A stretch of 64,000 nucleotides of DNA, from NCBI GenBank assembly GCA_963575745.1, contig CAUYUJ010000095.1:1-64000 (forward strand), in the 5' to 3' direction. Within the stretch, counting starts at the first letter, position 1; each line of letters begins with the position of its first letter. Position numbers and translations under genes: made by a program. Shown one piece after another: positions 49,790 through 61,015 of the stretch. The notes beneath the pieces are model-generated. The model saw only the letters and a program-made list of their open reading frames with translations. It did not search any database and had not been told where the DNA came from. This DNA is from Prorocentrum cordatum. Its lineage: Eukaryota.

Positions 49790-52700
49790 AGATGGCCCAA
49801 GATGGCTCCAGGAGGGCCTCGGAGGGGCAAAGGTGACCTCCAAGACGGCTCAAGATAGCGCACGATGCGTCAAGATGGCTCCCAAGGTGCTCCCAGAGGC
49901 CCCAAGACCGCTGCAAGACGGCTCCAAGAGGCCTCCGAGACCCCCAATGAGGCTTCCAAGAAGCCAACACCTGTTCAAAACCACAGGAAAATCAATGATT
50001 GCTGCCTTCTCGCAGTTTCGCTTCCGATGGCCATCCGAGGCCTTAAGATGGCTCCAAGATGGCCCTACGAGGGGCCCCAGAGAGGCCCAAGACGGCCCCA
50101 AGAGCGCCCAAGAGCGCTCCAGGAGGGCTTCGGGAGGCGATGTTTGGCGGGCTGGAAGGGCAGCGCAAATTCAGGGACCCTCTTCGTTGATCGATCTCCT
50201 CCAAGATGGCCCCAAGAGCGCCCCGAAAGCTCCCAAGAGCGTCCCAAGAGGGCCCCAAGAGGAGCCCAGACGGCCCCAAGAGGCCTCCCAGAGGCTCCCA
50301 AGAGATCCCCAAGAGGATCCCAAGAGGCTTCAAGAGGACTCCCGAGGCACCCAAGATGATGCCTCCCAGGCGCTCCAAGAGGCCTCCAAAACAACTCCCA
50401 AAAGACACCCTAGGAGGTCCTTATGGTCGGCGTGTTTTGTTTGTCCTTCTCATCCTTCGCCTCCTGCTTCCCCTTCTCCTCCTCCTTGTTCGCCTCCTCC
50501 TCCTCCACCTCCTTTCCTTCTGCTTTTTCAGCCTACTCCTCCTCTGGAGCCGTCTGGAGGCTCTCTTGGACCGCCTGGAGGCCATCCGAAACTCTCTTGG
50601 GGCCGTCTGTGGGTCGTTCTGGTGCCCCCTTGGGCCGTCTTGGAGCCCTTCAGCCGCTTCGCTCGAACAAATATTAGGAAACGGGCCGTGGAAGGCGCCC
50701 GCGAGCCGCTTCACTCGAACAAACACATGGGAAACGGCACCCCGAACTACCATTAGACGTATGCGCTCCCCCCATCGCCCCTCCCCTAGACCCCTCCCGA
50801 CGTAGAGAACTTCGCCCCAACTCAACGTACATCACTCGTACCTCGCTCTGTCCGTCACCTGGGCTGGCACGGAAACGGATGGCGCATGGCTCATGGCACC
50901 CTTCGCTCTTGGGAGCCTTGGTGTGAAGAGCTTGTTGCGTCGCCGTCTCCGTTGGGAGCCCTGGTGTTCAGAGACTTTTGCAATGACGCTCGCTCTTGGG
51001 AACCGTGGTGTGGCGAGCTTTTGGCGTCACCGCGCTCTGGGAGCCTGGGTGTCAAGAGCTTGCTACGTCCCCGCTCGCTGATTGGCGCCATGGTGCTCTT
51101 GAGCGTCTCGTGGGCCTCTTGGGGGTCTTCTGGTGGCCCGTGGGGAGCCCTTTTGGGTCAATCTTGGGCCGTCTTGGGCCCTTTTGGGCCGTCTCGGAAG
51201 CCTGTGGCCGTCTTGTGGCTCTCTTTGGGGCAGTGTGGGGTCCTTTTGGGAGCCTCTTTGGGTCTTTGGGCCCTCTGTGGGCCTCTTGGGGCGCTCTTGG
51301 TCCTGTCTTGGGGCCCTCGGGGGCCGTCTTGGGGCCGTCTTGGGCAGTTTTGGGCCCCTCTGGGGCCTTCTGGGGGCCCTCGTGGATCGTTTTCGGGTCC
51401 TCTGGGGTGCCTTTGGGGCAGTCTTGGGGCGATCTTAAGCCTCTTGGGTCGCCTGGGGCCTTTCTGGACCTGGAAAAAGCGAGAACCCGAAAAACTTGCA
51501 AAAGCCCATATGAAAACCTATGTTTGTTGCATCCCCTGGCCCTCTCAGAGCCCTCTGGAAAGCCTCTGGAGCCGCCTGGAGGCTGCCTAGGACCGTCTGG
51601 AGGCCATCCGAAGCTCTCCTGGGGCCGTCATTGGATCGTTTTGGTGCCCTCTTGGGCCGTCATGGAGCCCTTCAACCGCTGCGCTCAAAGAAATACGAGG
51701 AGACGGGCCGTGGAAGGCCCCCGCGAGCCGCTTCACTCGAACAAACACATGGGACACGGCACCCCGAACTGCCATTAGACGTAAGCGCTGCCCCCTCGCC
51801 CCTCCCCTAGACCCCTCCCTAGCGATCTTCGCCCCAACTCAACGTACATCATTCGTGCCTCGCTCTTTCCGCCACATGGGCTGGCACGTGAACGGAAAGA
51901 GCGCCTCAGGAATGCGTCCGAGATGGCTCATGGCACCCTTCGCTCTTGGGAGCCTTGGTGGTAAGAGCTTGTTACGTCACCGCTCGCTCTTGGGAGCCCG
52001 GGTGTTCAGAGACTTTGATATTGCAGCTCGCTCTTCGAAGCCGTGGTGTTGAGAGTTGTTTACGTCACCGCTCGCTGTTGGGAACCTTGGTGTGAAGAGC
52101 TTTTTGCGTTACCGATCGCTGCTTTGTTTGGCGTCTCTGCGCCTTCTTGGTGGTCGTTTTGGAGCCCTTCTGGGGCCCTTTTGAGCCGTTTGGGAACCGT
52201 TTTGGAACTCTTTTGGGCAGTCTTGGGGCCCTTTTGTGCCGTCTGATGGCCCTTTTGGGCCGTCTGGGGGTGTCTTGGTGGCCTTGGAACGCCTTGGGGC
52301 TCTCTCGGGGGCTTCCGGGGGCCCTCTTGGGAGCCTCTGGGGCCATCTTGGGCCCCTTGGGCCCCTCTCGGGCCGTCTTGGGCCCGTCTTTGCCCGTCTT
52401 GGGTCGCTCCTGGGGCCCTCTTGGGCCGTCTAGGTGCGAGTCTGGGGGCCTCTGGGGCTGTCTTGAACCCTGGGAAAGCCGAAAAAGCTGCCTTGAGCCT
52501 GGTGAAAAACGATGTCAGCCTCTGTGGGATCCTCTTGGGGTCCTCTTGGAGCATCTTGGAACCATCTTAGGGTGCCCTGGGGGCCTGTGGACCGTCTTCG
52601 AGCAAATTTAACTGTCTTGGGGCGCTCTCGGGCTGTCCTGACGCGTTTTGGGGGTGTCTTGGCCCGTCTTGGGCGCTTCTTGGGCCGTCTTGGGCGCTTC

Positions 52701-55040
52701 GGGGACCCCAAAAGGCCACTGGAGCCCGGGTTGGCGCGCCTCGCTCCTCCCCTGGAATCACTCCCGTGAGGGCTTCGCCCCACCAGATAATGTACATCAC
52801 TCGTACTTGGGCGCCTCGGGGACACCAAAAGGAAACTAGAGCCCGGGTTGGCGCGCCTCGCCCCTCCGCGCTGGAACCCCTCCCCTAAGGGCCTCGCGCC
52901 ACCAAATCACGTACATAACTCGTGCCTCGCTCTTTCCGTCACCTGCTTGGCATGGGGACGGAAAGCGCGTTGAATTTGTGAGGGCGCGAGGTCCGCTGGC
53001 TCAGTGTCTTGGTGCCCTGTTGGTGTTAAGGCTTCGGTACGATATGCGACAATCTGGCAACCAACCTTGCGAAACGAAATTCCTATTGCATTTCCGGGCC
53101 TTCCTGGGGGTCTTTTTGAAGCTCGTTTGGGCCGTCTTGGGGCCCTTTTGGGTCATCCTGGGGCCCAAGGTCTTGGCGGGCTTGGGCCGTCTTGGGGCCC
53201 TCTGGGAGCCCTCCTGGGCCCCCTTTCGGACCTCCTGTGGCCCTCCTGGAGCGCTCTTGGGGACCTGTTGGTGCCCTCAGGAGCCAGGAGCCTCTCTTGG
53301 GCCGTCTTGGGGCTCTCTGTGGCCGTCTTGACACCCACATGGGCCGTCTCGGGGGCCTCTGGGGCCGTCTGGGGGCGGTCTTGGGAGCCTCCTGGGCCAT
53401 TTTGGCCGCTGTGAAGACTAAAGAAGCGGAGATGCTAAAAATGCACTTTTCCCTACGGGATGACGCGATGTTTGCCTCTTGGGAGTTCCCTTCGGGGCCT
53501 CCTGGGGCGTCTTGGGGGCCTCTTGGGCTTCCTTGAATCCATATTGGGCCCTCCTGGAGCGCTCTTGGGCCGCCTTCGGGCCCTCTCGGACCTCTCCGAC
53601 GCCGTCGGTATCCTGGGCGCTTTTGGGGCTGTCGTGGGCCGTCTTGGGGCCTCTTAGGCGCTCTTGGGGCTGACTTGGCCCGTCTTGGGCCGAACATTGC
53701 CAAAACTTGGGGTATTAAATCTCAGGCCTGGGCTGCCTACCCCCCCACCCCACCCCTTGTTATTTCTCCCGGCTAACAGATCGCGACGCTGCAGCCGCCG
53801 CCCCCTGTTGGCTTGCCACAGGGGTGTCTGGCGTGCTAGGCCTCGTACGGCGTGGTTTTGTTATTCCTGTCAAAACAACTCTCCCCTGAGACTTCTGCCC
53901 GTCCCGCCGGCCACCCGGACCCGCCGGCCACCCGGAAGACCTGGTTGCCAAAATGCACCCCGTCCAGATGGCTCCAAGATGGCCCAAGATGGCGTCCAAG
54001 ACGACCAAGATGGCCTCCGAGTTCGCCCAAGATGGTCGAAGATCGCCTCCAAGATGGCCCAAAAGGGCCCGAGATGCCTCCAAGTCCGCCCACGAGGCCA
54101 CCAAGAGGACCCAAGATGGCCTCAAGATGGCCAAAGACGGCCCAAGAGGGCCCCAAGAAGCCTCCAAGACGGCCCACGAGGCCTCCAAGATGGCCTCCGG
54201 GAAGGCCAGAAGAATCCAACCTCATGAATTGTCCGATGGTATTTGATGGACTTTGGCATTGCTTCTTTTCGGCCTTCCGACGCCCGAGGTGGGCCAAGAC
54301 CCGAAGAACGCCCAACAGCCCTCCAAGATTGCCCCAGAACGGCCCAAGAGGCCCCCAAGACGGCCCCAAGCAGCCCCAAGACGGCCCAAGAGGCCTCAAG
54401 GACGCCTAAGATGGCCTCCGAGACGGCCCTGGAGCACCCCAAGAGGGCCCCAAGAGGGCCCCAAGTCGGCCCAGAGAGGCCCCCAAGACGGCTTCCGACG
54501 GCGTGACACGGGCCAGGAGTCCATCGAAACTGCCCAAGATGGCCCCAAGATGGCCCAACACGGCCCAAGATTGCTTCAAGATGGCTCCAAGATGGCCCCG
54601 AAGAGGTCCCCAAGACGGCCCCCGAGGCCTCCAAGAGCAGCTCCAGGAAGGCCCAGAGGGGCCAACATCATTAATTTCCCTCATGTGTTTGAACGATTGT
54701 GGCAAGTCCTTCTTGCCGGCCTTCCGACAGCCCGAGACGGCCTACGAGCCCCCACAGATCGCCCCAAGATCGCCTAAGAGGCGTCCAGGATGGCTCCAGA
54801 GCGGCCCACGAGCCCCCAAGATGGCGTCCAAGACGGCCCTGGAGCACCCCAAGAGGGCCCCAATTCGTCCTAGAGAGGCCCCCAAGACTGCTGCCGACGG
54901 CATCAGACTGGCCAGGAATGCACTGAGACGGCCAGAGAGGCCCCCACGAGGCCCCCAAAGGCCCCCAAGAAGGCCTAGGTCCCCAAGATGCCTCCAAGAG
55001 CTCCAAGAGGCTTCCAGGAAGCTCCCAGAGGCTCCCAAGT
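49790..55040. repeat. Mosaic of degenerate GGCCCCAAGA/TCTTGGGGCC-rich dispersed repeats in both orientations
   Basis: CCAAGA-rich at 49790-50420 and 53960-55040, TCTTGG-rich between. Direct duplication of about 50545-50990 at 51565-52100. Same family at about 13890-14080 and 19800-21450. Confidence 0.85.
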
Positions 55041-55270
55041 TGCCCCCCTCCTCCTCCTCCTCCTCCCTCCTCCTCCTCCTCCTCCTCCTCCTCCTCCTCC
55101 TCCTCCTCCTCCTCCCCCTGCTGATATTTCCCTCGATCCTCCCCCAAGTGTTCCCCGAAGGGTTTCCACAACGGTTTGGGGAACACATGGTCCGATAGAT
55201 TGGCAGAGCTTTTGCCACAACGCTCGGCCACATGGGCGACTCCAAAGGCAGGGGGCGGCGGTGCCTCGCC

Positions 55271-55651
55271 TCAGGCGTCTTGGACAGCTTCCACGATCGT
55301 CGCAAGCTCCCACTCCTTCTGGGGGTCGGCGGGATGGCGCAAGCCATCTGAATAATGAGTCGCATCATCCTCGTATTCGGTATTCTCACCACCTCCACCC
55401 TCGGTATTCTCATCCTCTTCCCTCCTCCATCTCTCCTCCCCCCTCCTCCTCCCTTCCCCCGTTTTCCCCACGCCCTCCCCCATACAATAATCGCGCTGGG
55501 CCATGCGGAACTATGAAGAAGGAACGGAGAGCCTCGGCCAGATCGAGCCTCGGCTTGGAAGAGTTCTCCTTCTTAGGTGTCAGGAGAGGCCTGGCAACGT
55601 CCCTCCTGAGCTCAAAGTTGCTCCTCATTGTGCTTGGGGCATCCCCCAGGC
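55271..55651 (-). CDS. Possible last two exons of an unidentified upstream gene
   Basis: 55651-55533 (AG|GC ... GAG|GC; LGDAPSTMRSNFELRRDVARPLLTPKKENSSKPRLDLAE) and about 55315-55271 (EWELATIVEAVQDA*). No recognisable domain. Confidence 0.3.
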
Positions 55652-56559
55652 CTAGAAAGGGCCCCCCCCCCGAACGCCCCAAACCGCCCCCAAAAGCTTC
55701 AAGATTCTCCTCCTCCAACCCCCCCTCCCTCCCTCTCAGGAGAGGGGGGAGGAAGGAGGAGAGGGGGAGAGGAGGAGGGAGGGGGAGAAGGGGGGGAGGG
55801 AGGAAGATGGAGGGAGGAGGGGCGGGAAGGGAGGGAGGCTAGAGCGAGGAGGGAAAGAGGAGGAGGGAGGAGGGAGAGGGAGGAGGGAGGAGGAGGAGGG
55901 AGGGAGGGAAGGAGGGAGGAGGAGGGAGGGGAGGAGAGAGTGAGAGGGAGGAGGAGGGGGAGGAGGGAGAGGGAGGAGGAGGAGGAGGAGGGAGGAGGGA
56001 GGAGGGAGGGAGGGAAGGAGGGAGGAGGAGGGAGGGGGAGGAGAGAGTGAGAGGGAGGAGGAGGGGGGAGGAGGGAGAGGGAGGAGGAGGAGGAGGAGGA
56101 GGAGGAGGAGGGAGGAGGAGGAGGAGGAGGGAGGAGGAGGGGGGGGGTAGAAAGGAGGGAGGGAGAGGGAGGGAGGCATTCCTCCCTCTTTCACCCTCCC
56201 GCCCTCCTACTTCCTTTCTCCCTCTGACGGCATACAGTTGTTGTACAGCGCCAAGCGGGGTCCCCCCAAGCAATCCTTCTCCCTTCTCCACTTATGTTGC
56301 TCCTATCGTACTTACGGACCACATCCAATAAGTAATTCCGAGCGCCCAGAAAAAAAAATGTCAAAACAGTATCTGCCCGACACGCTGCCCAAGCGCCTAA
56401 CGAGTACCGCCTCCCAGGGCCGGGCACCTGAAAGCCATCCAGTTTTGGTACTCTCTTGGTATTCCTGTTTGTCGAAGCTCAAGAGGTTGGAACATCAGGA
56501 CCCTCCACCCACCCTAGTCACCCACTGGCGCACCCTGCTCCAAGACAGCGACGGCGAGC

Positions 56560-57342
56560 ACGAACGGCGACGCAGCAATGACGACGCCAACAGCGGCAGC
56601 AGCGACGTCGACGCCGACAAGCGGCATCGAACGTCGACGCCGACAAGCGGCATCGACGCCGCCGACGACGCCGGCGACGCCCACGCCGAAGGCGACGCCG
56701 ACGACAGCGGCGACGACAGCGACGGCGCCACCAGCAACGGCGATCCGGACGACGCCGCCACCGACGACGACGAGGACGACGACGACGACGAACGACGCCG
56801 ACGCGCCGACGACGGCGGCGACGACGGCGGCGGCGACGACGACGGCGACGACGGCCCGCCACCCGGGCGGACCGGCGTCCGCCATCGGCGGCCGGCCGCG
56901 GGCGGCCCAGCGGGAGGCGGGCACCTCGGCGAGAGGGCACCAATGGGGCGCCGCGGGGCCGCCGTGGCCCGTCGGCGCCGTCGTCACGTCGCCGCTGTCG
57001 TCGTCGTCGTCGTCGTCGTCGCCGCTGTCGTCGTCGTCGTCTTCGTCTCCGCTGTCGTCGTCGTAAGACGAGAGGAGGAAAATGCGATCACACCGCTACC
57101 TTTCGCCCGTTTTCCCCTTTGTTCGGGCTCCTGGGAGGCCCTCGTCGCCACCGCTGGATGCGCCGCGAAAATCTGGTCAGAACGCGCCCTGGGAGATGTC
57201 CGGGGAGCAGCGGTATGGGTACCTTTTGGTTTCCCCATCGGAGGCGTTGCCACCGCTTCGTAGTCGTCCTGGGAGAGGTCCGGGGAGCAGCGGTATGGAT
57301 ACCTTTTGGTTTCCACATCGGAGGCGTTGCCGTCGCTTCGTA

Positions 57343-57413
<71 letters not shown>

Positions 57414-57419
57414 CGTCGA

Positions 57420-57451
<32 letters not shown>

Positions 57452-57455
57452 GCGC
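56560..57455. repeat. (GAC)n/(GTC)n tracts with a duplicated ~81-bp unit at about 57188-57348
   Basis: Read directly; similar (GTC)n tracts at 45220-45330, 62155-62500 and 63865-64000. Confidence 0.85.
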
Positions 57456-57799
57456 TGTCAGCTTCGCCGGGGGAGGGTCGAGGGCCGAGGGTCCGCATTC
57501 ACTCGGACGCGCCCGGCAGTCGAGGAGCCGCGGGAGGCGCGCGGCGGTCGTCTCTCCTGCTCGTCGTTCTCGTCGTCTTCGCCCAACGGGGGGCGGAGGA
57601 GAGGGGGGCTCAGCTGCCCCGATACGTAGCACGCAACACGAAATTAGCGCATTGAGACGGAGCTCATCACGTAGACTGAACACCGTTTTGAACAACACGG
57701 CACGTGTTACGTTCCAGAACGTGCGTATCAGGGCAGCTAAAGAGGGGGGGGGATGAGCGTGCAGTGGCGGACTAGAATGGGAGGGGAGGAGGAGTTGAG

Positions 57800-60680
57800 C
57801 AGGGGCCGACCGTCCCGGCATTCCTAATAGGCCTACCACAACACGCCTGTAGAGCCCAGATATGCTCTAATAGCCGAAACACTGCTCTTAGAACATAACG
57901 CCGCTGTGCAAAAACAGGACGGACAGTCCCAGCCAGCCATGTTCTGAGAACACTTCGTAGAAGCCACAAGCGGTTCTGAGAACAGTGTTTGGTGTGCCCA
58001 TAGGCAGGCCGGGACGCTTCTGATGGGCCTGTGTTCCACCACCACCACCACCATAATTTGGAGGGGGGAAGGAGGTGGAGGACGAGGAAGAGGAGGACGA
58101 ATGTGAGGAGGAGGAGGAGCATGAGGAGGAGGAGGAGGAGGAGGAGGAGGAGGAGGTGGAGAAGGATGACCACCCCCTCCGACTCCAACTTATGGCGGTG
58201 GTGATGGAAAGCAAGCCAATCAGCTTCGCCACTGCTCGAAGGAGGGAAATGATCAAGAGAAGGTTCAGGGATGGGTCCTGAGGGAAACGGGTCCCCGCGT
58301 GTTTCGAGGGCCCCCTCCACAGAGTTGGCCAGCGTGGACGGCCTCTCCGGGTCGAGCACCAGCACCCCCGGGTTGAGAACCAGCACTTTCCCTGGCTCGA
58401 GAATGGGGACGTGCAGGGTCGAGAATCAGCACTCCCTGGGTCGAGAATCCGTACGCCGAGGGTCAAGAATGAGTACGTCCAGGGTCGAGAAGCAATACTC
58501 CCTGGGTCGAGAACGCGTACTCCCCGGGTGAAGAGACAAAATACTCCCAGGTCGCGCATCAAGGGGATCTGGAGAGGAGGGAAAGATGATGAGCAGGCAT
58601 TCCTATGAGCCTACCACGACATGTTCTTAGAACCCACAAATGTTCTGAGAACAAAAACAATGTTCTCAGAACACTTCGCGCAGACCTCAAAAACGGTACT
58701 CAGAACAGTGTTTGGTAGGCCCGTAGGCACGCCAGGACGCTTCGCCTCTGCTTGAGGCTGCGGCGGTGGCAGGGCGGAAGAATCGCCCGGCGCCGAGGAG
58801 GAGGAGGAGCAGGAGGATGTGGAGGAGGAGGATGAGGATAGGGGAGGGGGAGCAGGAGAAGGAGGAGGAGGAGGGGGGGGAGGAGGAGGATGAGGAGGAG
58901 GAGGAGGAGGAGGAGGAGGAGGAGGAGGAGGAGGGGAGGGGAGGAGGAGAAGGAGGCGCTCCGCGCTGCGCGGCCCTCTCCGCGCCGCCGCGCCCCCCTG
59001 CGCGACACGGGGAGGGGCAGCCGCTCCAGCCCGGACCGAGACGCGCGCCGCGCGGCCCTCTTCGCGACCCCCGCGGGCGGCCCAGACTCGACGAGACGTC
59101 GAGCAGGGACCGACCGTCTCCTCCTCCTCCTCCTCCTCCTCCTCCTCCTCCTCCTCCTCCCTGCATGCCTGTGGGCCTCCTACGACGTGTGCTCAGAACC
59201 CACAAATGTTCCAAGAACGCGAGCAAGGTTCTTAGAACGTGAGCCCGACGTGTTGAAAGAGGCAGTGCCAGCCAGAAATGTTCTAAGGACATTTCGTGCA
59301 GACCACAAGAGGTTCTTAGAACATCGCTTGGTAGGCCTAAGTATAGGCACGCCAGGACGCTGCGCCACTGCTTGAAAACGGGTGCAAGACGAAGCTAGGA
59401 CGAGGATAGCCCAGACGTGATCGCGTCGTAAAACAATCAGGGTGGGAGGCTTGAAACTATCTTCGACACCCGGGGGCCCTCGCCAGACCCCGGGACCGTC
59501 AGAAGACGACTCAGGACGAAAAACCGGTCCCGGGGAAAGGGTCGGGACTTCCAGGGACGCCGCCCTGAAAAAATCAGGACGTCGCCTGTCTGGGAACATC
59601 TGGCACGGATTCCCGGATAGATCGAACAACTCTGAGATGCGGCGGCCCTGGAGGATGTCTCGGGCGCCGCGGCCTTCTCAGAGCGGGCCGGAGCGCTCTG
59701 GATCGGACTGATCCTCGCCCTCGCCCCGTCCGCAAGGGACTTGCACGCAAGTGCCGAAGCTCTCCCGAGCGCGGCGGGCCATCAAACGGAGCAGTAGGCA
59801 TGGACAGCGCTCTGAGAGCGTCCCGGCACTCTCTGGGACGGAGGTATCCTCGTCCTATAGCCCGTCCGAGGGTGACCGAGGCCTCTTCCTCCTGCTCCTC
59901 CTCCTCCTCCTCCTCTTCCTCCTCCTCCTCGCCGAGGAGATGGGGGGGAACAGTGGCCAGGAAGGCTGTTGCCACGCTCGGCGTCTGGGGGGCCCTCTCC
60001 GGGCTCCGGGCATGGAGCAGTCGGGGGCGGCCAAGAGTGGGGCGTCCGAGGGGGGGGGGTCGCAAATCATGGCTGGCGGCACGTACGCGGCCCAAGCTGG
60101 GGGCTGGGGACGTATTGAAATGACTAGGGAGCGCCATGAAATCTGGGGAGATAGCATGGCCCCCGCCATGAAATTCACCCACCTAAACATCACCCCCCCT
60201 CTTCGCCGCCCCCGAAGAGCAAGCCAGGGCGAAACACCAGGTCTGGGGATCACGGACGAACAAAGGCGGCAACGCAACAGCGCCGAAGGTCAAAGAAGGG
60301 GGAGCAGAGTGGGGAGGCTGGCTCCTGAGATGCGTGGGAACGTTCGAAAAGATGCCGCTTCAAAGGGGGGAAGCATCGACACGGAATCGGCGAAGCATCG
60401 CCGATGGCTCGACGAAAGGTCTCCGATAGCGACTCCGAGCGCTCCTGGGCGTCGAGCAGGGACCGACCGTCCCGGCCTTCCTGTAGGCCTACCACGGAGT
60501 CTTCTTCGAACCCCATTCTAAAAACAACGAGAATGTTCTTAGAACAGAAACCCGATGCGTCAAAACAAGACAGTCCCACCCGGAGATGTTCTGAGAGTAC
60601 TTCGTGCAGGCCACAAAAGGCTCTTAGAACATTCCTTGGTGGGCCTGTAGGCGAGCCAGGACGCTTGGCCATTGCTTGAG
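57800..60680 (+). repeat. Four copies of a ~200-280-bp dispersed repeat with internal GTTCT.AGAAC palindromes
   Basis: Copies at about 57800-58020, 58590-58757, 59100-59375 and 60450-60680 share GGCCTACCAC...GTTCT.AGAAC...GTAGGC..GCCAGGACGCT. Confidence 0.8.
58021..58222. mobile_element. MITE family A copy
   Basis: Same TIR; perfect TSD GCTTC; an empty paralogous site lies at 58731-58757. Confidence 0.88.
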
Positions 60681-60773
60681 GGCGGGTGGGCTATCGGGCC
60701 CCTGCCGGCAACGACTGGGCGACTGCTTGGGGGCCGAGGCGCCCGCCCCCCACCGAGCTCATCCCTCCCTGAC

Positions 60774-61015
60774 TGATGGGCTTGTTTTCCATCACCACCA
60801 CCATAAGTTGGAGGAGGAGGGTGTCCTCCTCCTCCTCCTCCTCCTCCTCCTCCTTCTCCTCTTCGTTCTCCTCCTTCTCCTCTTCGTCCTCCTCCTCCTC
60901 CTCCTCCTCCCTTCTCCTCCTCCTCCTCCTCCTCCTCCTCCTCCTCCTCCTCCTCCTCCCTCTCCTCCTTCCCCCCTCCAACTTATCGTGGTGGTGGTGG
61001 AAAGCAGACCCATCA
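60774..61015. mobile_element. MITE family A copy
   Basis: Same TIR; (CCT)n interior; perfect 6-bp TSD CCTGAC. Confidence 0.88.

Noticed and set aside
53396..53406. GCCATTTTGGC, a partial spliced-leader match
   Set aside because: An 11-nt match inside a TCTTGGGGCC-type repeat and lacking TCAAG; chance is likely.
49790..55040. Many overlapping 150-300-aa ORFs
   Set aside because: These arise from stop-poor GC-rich degenerate repeats open in several frames, with no domain motifs.
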